In this document: piece after piece, positions 19,246-29,374 of the stretch | How the letters are laid out: each line of letters begins with the position of its first letter | Position numbering within the stretch: position 1 is the stretch's first letter | Assembly: GCA_020059915.1 (NCBI GenBank) | Contig: JAGVBB010000007.1 | Span: forward strand, 2,873 to 66,872 | Source of the DNA: Minisyncoccota bacterium | Lineage (GTDB): Bacteria > Patescibacteriota > Minisyncoccia > UBA6257 > GWB1-50-10 | Reading direction: 5' to 3' | DNA: 64,000 nucleotides | Translations under genes and position numbers: made by a program | Notes under the pieces: model-generated | The model's database searches: none | What the model was told of the DNA's origin: nothing | The model's input: the letters and a program-made list of their open reading frames with translations, nothing else

Positions 19246-19718
19246 TCATATGCAACAATCCCAAATGCAACAGAAACATTCAAGGACTCTTTTTTCCCCA
19301 TCATGGGAATCTCTACAACACCATTACATTGATTCAAAACCTTTTCAGGAATTCCCAAAACCTCGTTTCCAACAATAATTGCGCATTTATTTTTTTTACA
19401 TTTTTTTCCAAGAATAGTGTAAGAAATTGAACTCTTTGATTGTTCCACAGCATATATTTCAAAACCTTGTTTTTTCAATTTTGAAATGACACGAACAATA
19501 GATGTATTATGTTCCCATACAATATTTTCTTCTGCCCCCAAAGATGTCTTTTTAAATTCTGGAAGGAAATTCCCCATACGATCTAGTGGAGTTGGAGTAA
19601 TGCCACATAAAAACAATTTTGAAAATCCCGCACCATCAGCGGTGCGAAAGATAGAACCAACATTATGTAAACTCCGTATATCAAATAATATTCCCACAAC
19701 CTCCGTTATTTTTTTCAT
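19233..19718 (-). CDS. SpoU/TrmH-family RNA 2'-O-methyltransferase
   Basis: SPOUT knot motifs HNVGSIFRTADGAG, IIVGNEVLGI, NVSVAFGI. Confidence 0.8.
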   Translation of the reverse strand: MKKITEVVGILFDIRSLHNVGSIFRTADGAGFSKLFLCGITPTPLDRMGNFLPEFKKTSLGAEENIVWEHNTSIVRVISKLKKQGFEIYAVEQSKSSISYTILGKKCKKNKCAIIVGNEVLGIPEKVLNQCNGVVEIPMMGKKESLNVSVAFGIVAYECRR

Positions 19719-19995
19719 TGGTAAACAAATTATAATTTTTTAAATAACAAAAAACCACCCCAACGTATGAGGTAGTTTTTTTTCAAGTACTTTCTTGGTC
19801 GTCCCACCGAACATACTAAACCAATTAGACATTTAATATATTCGTAGCCGAGACATATTTGAGGTTTATCGGCTAACACCTCTGGCAGTATGCATCATTC
19901 CCTCTGCGTTGATTTCCTCGATTACTCGAATGATCGCGTGCAGCGAACTGTTATACAAATCCGGTTTTTTAAACTTAAAAGTTTATACGACTTAA

Positions 19996-21490
<1,495 letters not shown>

Positions 21491-21819
21491 AGTAAGTGTA
21501 AAAAAAGGTCTTCGTGCATGACTGCAGATGCATTCTGCCTTCATGCACGTATTGCTTCGTTCTTCTTTTCTCTAATAGGGACAACCAAGAAAATACTCGA
21601 TTGTATTTGATCCAAAAAAATACTTGTTTTTGTTTCCGTTCAATTTATTGATTCGCACTTATTAATAAGTGGATATTCATCTTGTAAGGAACGCTACAAA
21701 AGGCATATAAAAACCGCACCTTTATGCAGCTTTCCCATTATAGGAAAGTTCAAGAATAAGTCAATACCTATATAGCAAACAACTCATGACCCACAACCAA
21801 CAACAAACCTATATAATTC

Positions 21820-21996
21820 CTACATCACTAACAGCCCCATCGCTTTATACATAACCATCGCAGGCCATACAATTGCCTTTAAAACACCAAGCACTCCCAT
21901 CCAAAACGTATCAGATTGTTGGATGTAATAGACTGCCGCTCCCACGACTGCAAGCCCGTAGGCCCCTCCGCACATTCCTCCATTTTTATTACACAT
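21820..21996 (-). CDS. possible 58-aa hydrophobic mini-protein (MCNKNGGMCGGAYGLAVVGAAVYYI...)
   Basis: complete ORF below the 60-aa track cutoff, GC-rich relative to surroundings, ATG 8 nt after TATAAT; located in the 16S upstream region so could equally be non-coding. Confidence 0.25.
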   Translation of the reverse strand: MCNKNGGMCGGAYGLAVVGAAVYYIQQSDTFWMGVLGVLKAIVWPAMVMYKAMGLLVM

Positions 21997-22015
21997 ATAT
22001 ATTCATTATAATAGT

Positions 22016-22044
22016 TTGACACAAAAAAATCCTGGACATACAAT
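22016..22044 (+). promoter_or_regulatory. near-consensus sigma70-type promoter TTGACA-N17-TACAAT reading toward rpmE
   Basis: TTGACA at 22016..22021, 17-nt spacer, TACAAT at 22039..22044. Confidence 0.6.
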
Positions 22045-22138
22045 TCTACTACTGTTCTTTATAGAAGTTTGCAGTCACCATAAGCTAGGATGATATTAAA
22101 GAGTTACGGCCTTTCTCTTCGAAGTATAATAGATAGGA

Positions 22139-22268
22139 AAGGAGGAGAACTGCCTAATGGTTTGCTCCCTATAGTGGTGGCATCATGATGCAAATGAAAT
22201 ATGTAGTGGACCGGCGGGAAGATATCTTTATACAAGTCCCAATCGACGTATTCGATTGGGCTTTTTTG
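22139..22268 (+). promoter_or_regulatory. rpmE leader: AAAGGAGGAG, 5-codon mini-ORF (ATG GTT TGC TCC CTA TAG, 22157..22174) and intrinsic terminator (CCCAATCGA CGTAT TCGATTGGG + T6, 22238..22267)
   Basis: elements read directly from sequence downstream of the promoter and 115 nt upstream of rpmE start; no plus-strand gene upstream to which the terminator could belong. Confidence 0.5.
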
Positions 22269-22383
22269 TTGCAAATTGTTTTTTTTGATCTTTCTATTTT
22301 TTTGTTATCGGTTGTAGGTTATATGTTGTCGGTTGTTCTACATTCTTGCTTTTTTTATGTTTTATTTGTACTATAACCAAGTT

Positions 22384-22674
22384 ATGAAAAAGGATATTCA
22401 TCCAACATATTATAAGGAGGCAAAAGTTCGTTGTGCATGTGGCAATGAATTTGTTGTTGGTTCAACCCGAGAAGAATTGGTAGTTGATATTTGTGCAAAA
22501 TGTCATCCATATTACACTGGAAAACAACAATTAGTAGATACCGCAGGACGCGTTGAACGTTTCCGCTCAAGGACAACCAAAGCAAAAGAGGTAGTAAAGA
22601 AAGAGAAGAAACCACGTGTTAAAAAACCAAAAGCAACTCCAACAAAGGTAACAAAAAAGAAAAAGGCAGAATAA
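22384..22674 (+). CDS. rpmE: 50S ribosomal protein L31 (zinc-ribbon type) with Lys-rich C-terminal tail
   Basis: [23 protein letters not shown]...[13 protein letters not shown]31 signature; about 35 aa KKxK-rich extension; start at internal Met of the 113-aa ORF. Confidence 0.9.
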   Translation: MKKDIHPTYYKEAKVRCACGNEFVVGSTREELVVDICAKCHPYYTGKQQLVDTAGRVERFRSRTTKAKEVVKKEKKPRVKKPKATPTKVTKKKKAE

Positions 22675-22707
22675 TAAATCAAAATTCGAAATTTATCATT
22701 CGAAATT

Positions 22708-22733
22708 CAAAAACCCCCTTCGGGGGTTTTTAT
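22708..22733. terminator. bidirectional intrinsic terminator (AAACCCCC TTCG GGGGGTTT)
   Basis: hairpin plus T-run between rpmE and convergent sugar transferase gene. Confidence 0.75.
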
Positions 22734-23332
22734 ACTCCTGTTGGATCAGAAAAAAATATAAATATAGTTTTAAAGAATATCTTTATATCAAACCACAATG
22801 ATTGATTTTTAATATAAAAACTATCAAGTTCCAGTTCTTTCATAAAAGAAAGTGAAGATGCACCAGAAACCTGAGAAAGTCCAGTAAGTCCTGCCCGCGC
22901 GTATTGAATATGTTTAAATTCATCTGGATATTTAGCAATTTCTTCTGGCTCGTGCGGGCGCGGTCCAATGAGGGCCAATTCACCTCTTATTACATTGAGT
23001 AATTGTGGAAATTCATCAACGCGCAATTTTCTTAAGAATCTTCCCACATGGGTAAGTCGTGGGTCATCTTTCATTTTAAAAAGTGGTCCATCAATTCGTT
23101 CATTCATGTGAATTAAATCTTGCTTCATTGCATGCGCGCCCTGAATCATAGAACGAAATTTATATACTTTTATTATTTTCCCCTCACTGATGCGATCCAG
23201 TTTTACAAATATAGGACACCCGCTTTCAAATATAATAGCAAGAACTATAAAAGGAAAAAAAGGAATAATAAAAATGATCCCAAGAATGGAACCAATAATA
23301 TCAATAGTGCGTTTGGAGATAGGATATGTCAT
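22730..23332 (-). CDS. bacterial sugar transferase (undecaprenyl-phosphate hexose-1-phosphate transferase family)
   Basis: single N-terminal TM then Bac_transf core: KFRSM ... RVDEFPQLLNVIRGELALIGPRP. Confidence 0.8.
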   Translation of the reverse strand: MTYPISKRTIDIIGSILGIIFIIPFFPFIVLAIIFESGCPIFVKLDRISEGKIIKVYKFRSMIQGAHAMKQDLIHMNERIDGPLFKMKDDPRLTHVGRFLRKLRVDEFPQLLNVIRGELALIGPRPHEPEEIAKYPDEFKHIQYARAGLTGLSQVSGASSLSFMKELELDSFYIKNQSLWFDIKIFFKTIFIFFSDPTGV

Positions 23333-23995
23333 TTATATTTTTACCACAACAAACTCACCTTTTAATTTTTCTCCAACAAAATAAGAAAGTGCCTCTTTTG
23401 GTGTGCCAATGAAAATATCTTCATATATTTTTGTAAGTTCCCTCCCAACAACCAACTTCATTGAAGTCTTGTCTTCTTTTGCAAGCGCCTCAAATGCTTT
23501 TTGTATACGATGTGGAGACTCATAGAAAACAATAGGAATATCTGAAAGTGCAACACGTTTAAAAAATGTTGTTCTACCTTTCTTGTGTGGTGGGAATCCA
23601 AAAAAAGAGAACATCGAAGAATCAATTCCAGAAACAGAAAGAATGGAGGTAAGAGCAGAGACCCCAGGAATAGGAATTATTTTTACACGAGGAAGAAGCT
23701 CTCGAACGCTTTGCACTAATCGTGTCCCAGGATCTGAAATGCCTGGAGTACCCGCATCACTAATAAATGCAACAGATTTCTCCTGTTCTAAAAATGCCAA
23801 CACTTCTTTTATTGCGCGTGAATGAGAGTGTTCATCATAACGATAGGTTGGTTTTGAAATATTGTTACACGCAAGTAATTTCCCCGCCACACGAGTGTCT
23901 TCTGCAAAAATAACATCAACACTTGAAAGTGTTTCAATTGCACGAAGTGTTATGTCTTTTAAATTCCCAATTGGGGTTGCAACGATATAAAGCAT
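23333..23995 (-). CDS. rsmI: 16S rRNA (cytidine1402-2'-O)-methyltransferase
   Basis: tetrapyrrole-methylase fold LYIVATPIGNLKDITLRAIETL, AFISDAGTPGISDPG. Confidence 0.85.
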   Translation of the reverse strand: MLYIVATPIGNLKDITLRAIETLSSVDVIFAEDTRVAGKLLACNNISKPTYRYDEHSHSRAIKEVLAFLEQEKSVAFISDAGTPGISDPGTRLVQSVRELLPRVKIIPIPGVSALTSILSVSGIDSSMFSFFGFPPHKKGRTTFFKRVALSDIPIVFYESPHRIQKAFEALAKEDKTSMKLVVGRELTKIYEDIFIGTPKEALSYFVGEKLKGEFVVVKI

Positions 23996-24159
23996 AATTA
24001 AAATACTAAATCCTCACATCTAAATCCTAAACAAACATAAATGTTCAAATATCAAGACAATTTGAATATTAGGATTTAGAGCTTTGTGCTTAGTGTTTTA
24101 TAAAAAACCTTGTTTTTATAGTATCTCAAAAAAAATCCCCGGTAAACCGGGAATTTTTC

Positions 24160-24480
24160 TTATTTTGTCTTTACGCGTTCGCGGATCTTCTTCGCTGAAA
24201 ATTCACGTACGTGATATAACTTTGATTTCTGTACTTTTTTTGGACTTGAGAGTACGTCTATCTTTGCAATCATTGGAGAGTGAATGGGATATACTTTTTC
24301 TACACCAACTTCAGCAACCACCGCTCTCACAGTAAATGAAGCACCAGCCTCATTTCCATGCTTTCGAGCAATAACCAAACCAGAAAAAGGACTTTGTCGT
24401 TCTTTTCCACCTTCTTTTATTCTTTCCCATACGCGTACCTTCGCGCCTGGTTTAATTTTTTCTAGAATTGCTTGATCCAT
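24160..24480 (-). CDS. rplS: 50S ribosomal protein L19
   Basis: KPGAKVRVWERIKEGGKERQSPFSGLVIARKHGNEAGASFTVR L19 signature; start at MDQAIL. Confidence 0.9.
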   Translation of the reverse strand: MDQAILEKIKPGAKVRVWERIKEGGKERQSPFSGLVIARKHGNEAGASFTVRAVVAEVGVEKVYPIHSPMIAKIDVLSSPKKVQKSKLYHVREFSAKKIRERVKTK

Positions 24481-24522
24481 AATTTCAACAATGAGTATAC
24501 TGTTATTTTCAATAAAATGCAA

Positions 24523-25278
24523 CTATTCCAATTTTTCCAACGCTTGTTTTAAATCATCGGGAAGATCTGCCTCAATGCGAATACGTTTCCCTCCAAGTGT
24601 GGAAAATTCCAATGACTCAGCATGAAGAAAATGTCTGGTAAGTCCCAATGCATTTCCCGAAGGACCATACATGGTGTCGCCTACAATCGGATGTCCCATC
24701 GCCGCAAAATGAACTCGAATCTGGTGAGTGCGTCCTGTTCGTGGAATAACTTCCAAAAGTGTGTAGTATACAGCCCGCCCCATTGATTCAGATACAAACA
24801 TTTTTTTTGCACGATAATCAGTAATTGCCTCTTTTACCATTTTCATATTCCGAGCACGCACGCTTCGTCGTGTTGTTCCTGGCTTTAATCCGATTGGTCT
24901 GTCAATTCTCCCCATTCCCAATAATTTTCCAGAAACAAGAGCAACATAATGCTTTTCAACATTATGTTGCTTAAATTGTTCTTTTAAAAAATCAAAGAAC
25001 TTTTGGTTTCGAGCAACAACAATAACCCCCGAGGTCTCCTTATCAAGTCGATGAATAATCCCTGGTCGTTCTTCTGGTTTGTCTCCGACCGTTCTAATCT
25101 CTGGAAATAACTTCAATGCGATATCTGAAAGTACTTCTTCTCCCTCTCTTGGCTTCATGCCATATGCACGATGAACCAAAACACCCGCGGGTTTGTTAAA
25201 TGCCACGAAATCTTTCGTTTTCATAATTACCTTGAGGGTCATTGATTTCAGTCTGCCACAAAACCCCAAAAAACTCAA
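24523..25278 (-). CDS. RluA-family pseudouridine synthase
   Basis: catalytic HRLDKETSGVIVVA motif, S4-less RluA core. Confidence 0.85.
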   Translation of the reverse strand: MSFLGFCGRLKSMTLKVIMKTKDFVAFNKPAGVLVHRAYGMKPREGEEVLSDIALKLFPEIRTVGDKPEERPGIIHRLDKETSGVIVVARNQKFFDFLKEQFKQHNVEKHYVALVSGKLLGMGRIDRPIGLKPGTTRRSVRARNMKMVKEAITDYRAKKMFVSESMGRAVYYTLLEVIPRTGRTHQIRVHFAAMGHPIVGDTMYGPSGNALGLTRHFLHAESLEFSTLGGKRIRIEADLPDDLKQALEKLE

Positions 25279-25366
25279 TAAAATAGAGGTTTTTTGGCAT
25301 TTTCCTTGATTTTTTTTGGTAAGTATGCTAATCTTTACCTATATAACCCCCACAGGGGTTTTTAAT

Positions 25367-25819
25367 ATGGGTAAAAAGTTAGTAACGGCAGTGATTGGCA
25401 TTCTTATTGTTACGTTCCCGATGCCATCGGAAACACCAACAATGAACGTCATTCATACCACCAAATCGAGTGGAGTTAGTATCGCTCATGCCGCCGAGGT
25501 ACCAGATGATGTCGAGACCAAAGCAATAGTGCAAAGTCGAAAAGTCTGGATCACCGCCTACTCAAGCACCCCCGAAGAGACTGATGATACACCATTCATC
25601 ACTGCTATGGGAACAACGGTGCGCGATGGCATAATCGCTACGAATCTTCTTCCATTTGGAACACAAGTTAAGATACCAGAACTGTTTGGCAATAAAGTGT
25701 TTGTAGTTGAAGACCGCATGCACTCACGAAAGAAAAATAACGTTGATATTTGGATGAGTTCCAAACAAGACGCATTAGAATTTGGTATTGCTTATACGGA
25801 CATTGTTATTCTTAACTAA
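25367..25819 (+). CDS. 3D-domain (MltA-like) protein, membrane anchored
   Basis: N-terminal TM then 3D domain with the three conserved Asp (WITAYSSTPEETDDTP ... VVEDRMHSRKKNNVDIWM). Confidence 0.7.
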   Translation: MGKKLVTAVIGILIVTFPMPSETPTMNVIHTTKSSGVSIAHAAEVPDDVETKAIVQSRKVWITAYSSTPEETDDTPFITAMGTTVRDGIIATNLLPFGTQVKIPELFGNKVFVVEDRMHSRKKNNVDIWMSSKQDALEFGIAYTDIVILN

Positions 25820-25925
25820 ACTTAGTCACACTTACACAAAAAATTCCTAAATGTATTAGGAATTTTTTGTGTAAAAAAAATCCGCCTCATTTGAGACGGA
25901 TGCATATATGCAGACAATACATCTG

Positions 25926-25996
25926 CGGACTGTACAGGATTCGAACCCATATTACCACCTCTAAGGGTAGTGTCCTAACCATTAGACGAACAGTCC
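25926..25996 (-). tRNA. tRNA, Glu-like scaffold, anticodon uncertain (apparent 6-nt anticodon loop CTTAGA)
   Basis: reverse complement GGACTGT TC GTCT AATGGTTA GGAC A CTACC CTTAGA GGTGG TAAT ATGGG TTCGAAT CCTGT ACAGTCC G; clean cloverleaf except the anticodon loop is one nt short by eye. Confidence 0.6.
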
Positions 25997-26004
25997 AAAT
26001 GGTG

Positions 26005-26077
26005 TGGGGTGGGATGGATACGATCCACCAGCCTTCGCCTTGCAAGGGCGACGCTCTCCCAATTGAGCTACCACCCC
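26005..26077 (-). tRNA. tRNA-Ala (anticodon TGC)
   Basis: reverse complement GGGGTGG TA GCTC AATTGGGA GAGC G TCGCC CTTGCAA GGCGA ... CCACCCC A; normal 7-nt loop. Confidence 0.8.
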
Positions 26078-26164
26078 AACAATTTGTGCGGGCAACATAA
26101 TTACATAGAATACGTCCAACCAATACATATTCCACAAACATAATTATGAAGCCCGACTTTTTCG

Positions 26165-26236
26165 AGCAGGAGGAAGGACTCGAACCTCCGACCGACACCT
26201 GGCAAGGTGATCCTCTACCAACTGAGCTACTCCCGC
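26165..26236 (-). tRNA. tRNA-Gly (anticodon GCC), anticodon arm one nt shorter than canonical by eye
   Basis: reverse complement GCGGGAGTAGCTCAGTTGGTAGAGGATCACCTTGCCAGGTGTCGGTCGGAGGTTCGAGTCCTTCCTCCTGCT; closely parallels bacterial tRNA-Gly(GCC) but loop reads TTGCCA(G) rather than TTGCCAA. Confidence 0.65.
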
Positions 26237-26419
26237 AGTATTAAAAGAACTTAACGATTCTAAACAAGTGTAAAAATAATGTCAAATAAAAAGCCCCGCA
26301 GGAATGCGAGAGCTTTTGTGGAACCAGTTTATCCTCCTCACAAGGAAAACATGATTTCCCTTATATTTTAGCAAATTGAAAGTTCTTCGCAATACCCCCC
26401 TGTGGATTTCTTGTGTATG

Positions 26420-27235
26420 CTATTTTTGCGAGATTCTGTATGATACCCCTACTCTTTCCAAGATATTTTCATATTTCATTGTTTCAAGAATTAATTTTAT
26501 AGTTGTTTCATCTTTTTTATATGTTTTAGCAATCATGCGCGCCGTTCCTGTTTCATTATTAATAAGAAATTTGATAATCAATCCGCGAATTTCACGAGTT
26601 GATCCCCTAAATGCGTTTTGTTTTACGTAGTTATTACTTTTTCTGTTTGCATTTGTTTTCTCTTGTTTTGGAAGCATCGATCCATAATCCATGAGCGCAT
26701 AATACCATTCCCGAGGATTTTCTAAATCAATCGTTTTACTTACTAAAGATAAGATCTCTTTATCAGAAATATTATTTTCATTTTTAAAAAAATGGTGAAT
26801 CATTACTCTTCGTATATTCGTCTCTATAAAAATAACTGGCTTGTTATAAATAAAAGCAACGAGCGAACCCGCGGTTCCACTACCAATACCGGGAAGCTTT
26901 TTTAAAACGTTTGAATCATTTGGGACAATACCAGAAAAATCACGAACAAGTATTTTTGCCGTTTCTTTCATAAATCGTGCCCGCCTGTTGTATCCCATTC
27001 CCTGCCACATAAAAAGAATATCCTTTAGTTCCGCCTGAGCAAGCTTTTTAAATGTGGGAAATGCACGTATAAATTCTGGATATTTATTAATAACTCGGGA
27101 AACCTGCGTTTGCTGGAGCATAATTTCAGAAACATATATCTTGTACGGATCATTACTATTTCTCCACGGAAGGTCGCGCTTGTTATGTTTGTAATAGCTC
27201 CAAATAATTCTTTGAAATGTTTTTATCTGCATCAC
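26420..27235 (-). CDS. HhH-GPD DNA glycosylase, MutY/EndoIII-like (no obvious 4Fe-4S cysteine cluster)
   Basis: MutY-like N-terminus DPYKIYVSEIMLQQTQVSRV, HhH motif LKKLPGIGSGTAGSLVAF; C-terminal part divergent. Confidence 0.65.
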   Translation of the reverse strand: MMQIKTFQRIIWSYYKHNKRDLPWRNSNDPYKIYVSEIMLQQTQVSRVINKYPEFIRAFPTFKKLAQAELKDILFMWQGMGYNRRARFMKETAKILVRDFSGIVPNDSNVLKKLPGIGSGTAGSLVAFIYNKPVIFIETNIRRVMIHHFFKNENNISDKEILSLVSKTIDLENPREWYYALMDYGSMLPKQEKTNANRKSNNYVKQNAFRGSTREIRGLIIKFLINNETGTARMIAKTYKKDETTIKLILETMKYENILERVGVSYRISQK

Positions 27236-27296
27236 CTAAATCCAGTATATAACAAAATCGCCCATACATGGACGATTTTGTTATTTTATATATTCG

Positions 27297-27821
27297 TTAT
27301 TGAATCGCTTGATTGTCTGTGGTAGTAAATTTTACTAAGATCACTGCATTTGATGCATTCATAAGTGGTACATCAATGGTGTGATCAAACTTTTTGTCTC
27401 CATCATCATTATGAAGTACGGCAAAATATGTTTTCTCTGGTTCTGTATCACGAAGCAACTCTACCATCCCAGAATTTTCTCCCTTAGGAAACCATGCAGC
27501 TCCAAGAATATTTCCTGGCGTCCCATCAACATCATCATGGATTGCCACCCACCCTGGGTTTTGAAGTTTTACTGATACAATAGAAACGGTTGAACTATTC
27601 TTTTGATCATTGACTTCCAATGTATTGATACCCGTTGATACATCTTTGTTTTCGACTACCTCGTCTATATTATTTTTGTAATCTGGCGCTTCTGCGGGCT
27701 TTGTAAACAACCACGCGGCACCAAATCCTATAAGAAAGAAAACGATTGCAGTAACTATGATTTTTTTACTGCTTATTTCCTTCTCATTTTGTTCTTCCTT
27801 CATATATGCTGAATGTAACAT
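27297..27821 (-). CDS. hypothetical membrane-anchored protein
   Basis: single TM near N-terminus (IIVTAIVFFLIGFGAAWLF) then soluble beta-rich domain. Confidence 0.5.
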   Translation of the reverse strand: MLHSAYMKEEQNEKEISSKKIIVTAIVFFLIGFGAAWLFTKPAEAPDYKNNIDEVVENKDVSTGINTLEVNDQKNSSTVSIVSVKLQNPGWVAIHDDVDGTPGNILGAAWFPKGENSGMVELLRDTEPEKTYFAVLHNDDGDKKFDHTIDVPLMNASNAVILVKFTTTDNQAIQ

Positions 27822-27920
27822 ATTATATTTATATCGTGCAATCTTGACATACAATAAAAAATTTATAGAAATAAACACCCCCATACGGTATACGTATGGG
27901 GGTGTTGTTAAAAGAGATTA

Positions 27921-28040
27921 TTATTTCTTCTTTTTCGCAACTTTTTTTGTTGCTTTTTTTGCAACTTTCTTTACTACCTTCTTTGCTGGTTTCTTTGCAA
28001 CTTTTTTTGTTGCTTTCTTTGCTACTTTTTTTACTGCCAT
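27921..28040 (-). CDS. 39-aa Ala/Lys-repeat basic peptide MAVKKVAKKATKKVAKKPAKKVVKKVAKKATKKVAKKKK (histone H1-like)
   Basis: complete ORF below the track cutoff; underlying DNA is a roughly 24-nt tandem repeat; ATG follows a TATAAA box; the plus-strand 146-aa ORF covering it is low complexity. Confidence 0.5.
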   Translation of the reverse strand: MAVKKVAKKATKKVAKKPAKKVVKKVAKKATKKVAKKKK

Positions 28041-28212
28041 GATAAATATTTTTTATAATTTATGCGCCGACCTTTTTATTTCGAGCGCGTTGCGCGTTGC
28101 GCGAATAATAATTTTGTATTCCGGAAAACAAAATTATCTTCATATACTTTTAGTATACATACTTTACTCAAATAAAAACTGTGGAAAACTTTTATAAAAA
28201 ATATTTTTACTG

Positions 28213-28464
28213 TTATTCAGTTGGCAATTCCTTTTTCTTTCCAAATTTTTTTTCTGAAAAGATAAAATAATATAAAATTTCAAGAACTCCACCAACATTA
28301 ATAACCAACATTGCGATAAACCAATACAAATGTTTTCTTTCTGCCGCTCTCCACAATGCAAGTCCTTTCCACGCAAGAACCCAAACAAGCAAGATGCCAG
28401 CGAGTAACGGATGTGCTTGTAACCAAGCATCAAACTGATTCATTGATTGTGATAATTGATTCAT
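28213..28464 (-). CDS. DUF5652-like small membrane protein
   Basis: two TM helices with WVLAWKGLALWRAA and GGVLEILYYF motifs; start could also be the Met at 28443. Confidence 0.6.
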   Translation of the reverse strand: MNQLSQSMNQFDAWLQAHPLLAGILLVWVLAWKGLALWRAAERKHLYWFIAMLVINVGGVLEILYYFIFSEKKFGKKKELPTE

Positions 28465-28477
28465 ATATATAATCCTA

Positions 28478-29248
28478 CTATTTCGTCTGTTGTTCCTCAA
28501 TATCAGAAATTGCCCTTCTATAGGCACAAAAATCACACTCAGGAGATGCCTGGGGAATCACATCACTCATTAAACACTTTTTTATTTCATGCAATATTGG
28601 TTCAATCCATTCCGTCTTTCCCTCATATGGAATGAGATGTATATCAAATTCTAGTTTTCCATCAAATGCATTTCGATCTGTTTTCCCATTACAATAGACA
28701 AAGTATCCTATCTCTTGAACACTGAAACCATTTTTTCGAAATAACCATTGATATAGTTCCATTTGCCGTTTATATGCAATCTGCCATTCAGCATCAAGAG
28801 ATATCTCTCCATCTTTTGATGTTGATTTATAATCGACAATAATTAATTCCTTTGTTTTATTATCAATCCAAACATCATCAACACCACCCTGAATAACAAG
28901 GTTAACAGGTTCAAAAAAATACTTTATTCCTCCACGCAATGCATCCCTCCATTCATCCATACGTGAATCATTAAATGGAATAGCATCAAGTCTATATGAT
29001 TTCATCAATGGATGTGTTTCCCCATGTATACGATGAATATCAAACTCTTTTTTTAGTAGTGTATCTACAGCGCTATTCAAATTAAATGGAAATGAAGGTG
29101 GTTGTCCAACACCAAGTCGTCTATCAAAATAAAAACATCGGGGACACTTCAAAAATCCATCAATTTTTGATCTACTTAATGAAAATGGTTCTTGTGATTG
29201 AGGATTAAAAATATTTCGCGTTCTCTTTGGTTTGTAGTACTGACTCAT
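28478..29248 (-). CDS. PD-(D/E)XK nuclease family protein (Cas4/RecB-nuclease-like, Cys-flanked)
   Basis: core IVDYKST (D...D/EYK) plus N-terminal CPRCFY and C-terminal CDFCAY cysteine pairs as in Cas4/AddB-type Fe-S nucleases. Confidence 0.65.
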   Translation of the reverse strand: MSQYYKPKRTRNIFNPQSQEPFSLSRSKIDGFLKCPRCFYFDRRLGVGQPPSFPFNLNSAVDTLLKKEFDIHRIHGETHPLMKSYRLDAIPFNDSRMDEWRDALRGGIKYFFEPVNLVIQGGVDDVWIDNKTKELIIVDYKSTSKDGEISLDAEWQIAYKRQMELYQWLFRKNGFSVQEIGYFVYCNGKTDRNAFDGKLEFDIHLIPYEGKTEWIEPILHEIKKCLMSDVIPQASPECDFCAYRRAISDIEEQQTK

Positions 29249-29322
29249 AACATGAATATTGGTTGTTGGAAATTAGCTATTGGACTATATTTCTTATTCT
29301 ACACCAAAAAACATATTCAAAA

Positions 29323-29350
29323 ACCCCGCTCGTCCATGGACTTACGGGGT
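29323..29350 (-). terminator. intrinsic terminator downstream of RRM gene
   Basis: AACCCCG...CGGGGTT hairpin followed on the minus strand by TTTTTGAATATGTTTTTT. Confidence 0.6.
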
Positions 29351-29374
29351 TCTGTATCGCGATTAATTTCTTAC

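Noticed and set aside
22139-22174. AGGAGG as a functional Shine-Dalgarno for the mini-ORF
   Set aside because: It conflicts with the apparent absence of an anti-SD in the 16S tail; kept only as a sequence observation inside the leader finding.
22185-22376. 63-aa plus-strand ORF upstream of rpmE
   Set aside because: An intrinsic terminator hairpin sits inside it and the downstream part is poly-Phe/Leu/Val; treated as part of the rpmE leader rather than a gene.
27757-28197. 146-aa plus-strand ORF (FFATFFVAFFATFF...)
   Set aside because: Antisense translation of the Lys/Ala repeat peptide gene; poly-Phe artefact of a poly-AAA/AAG template.
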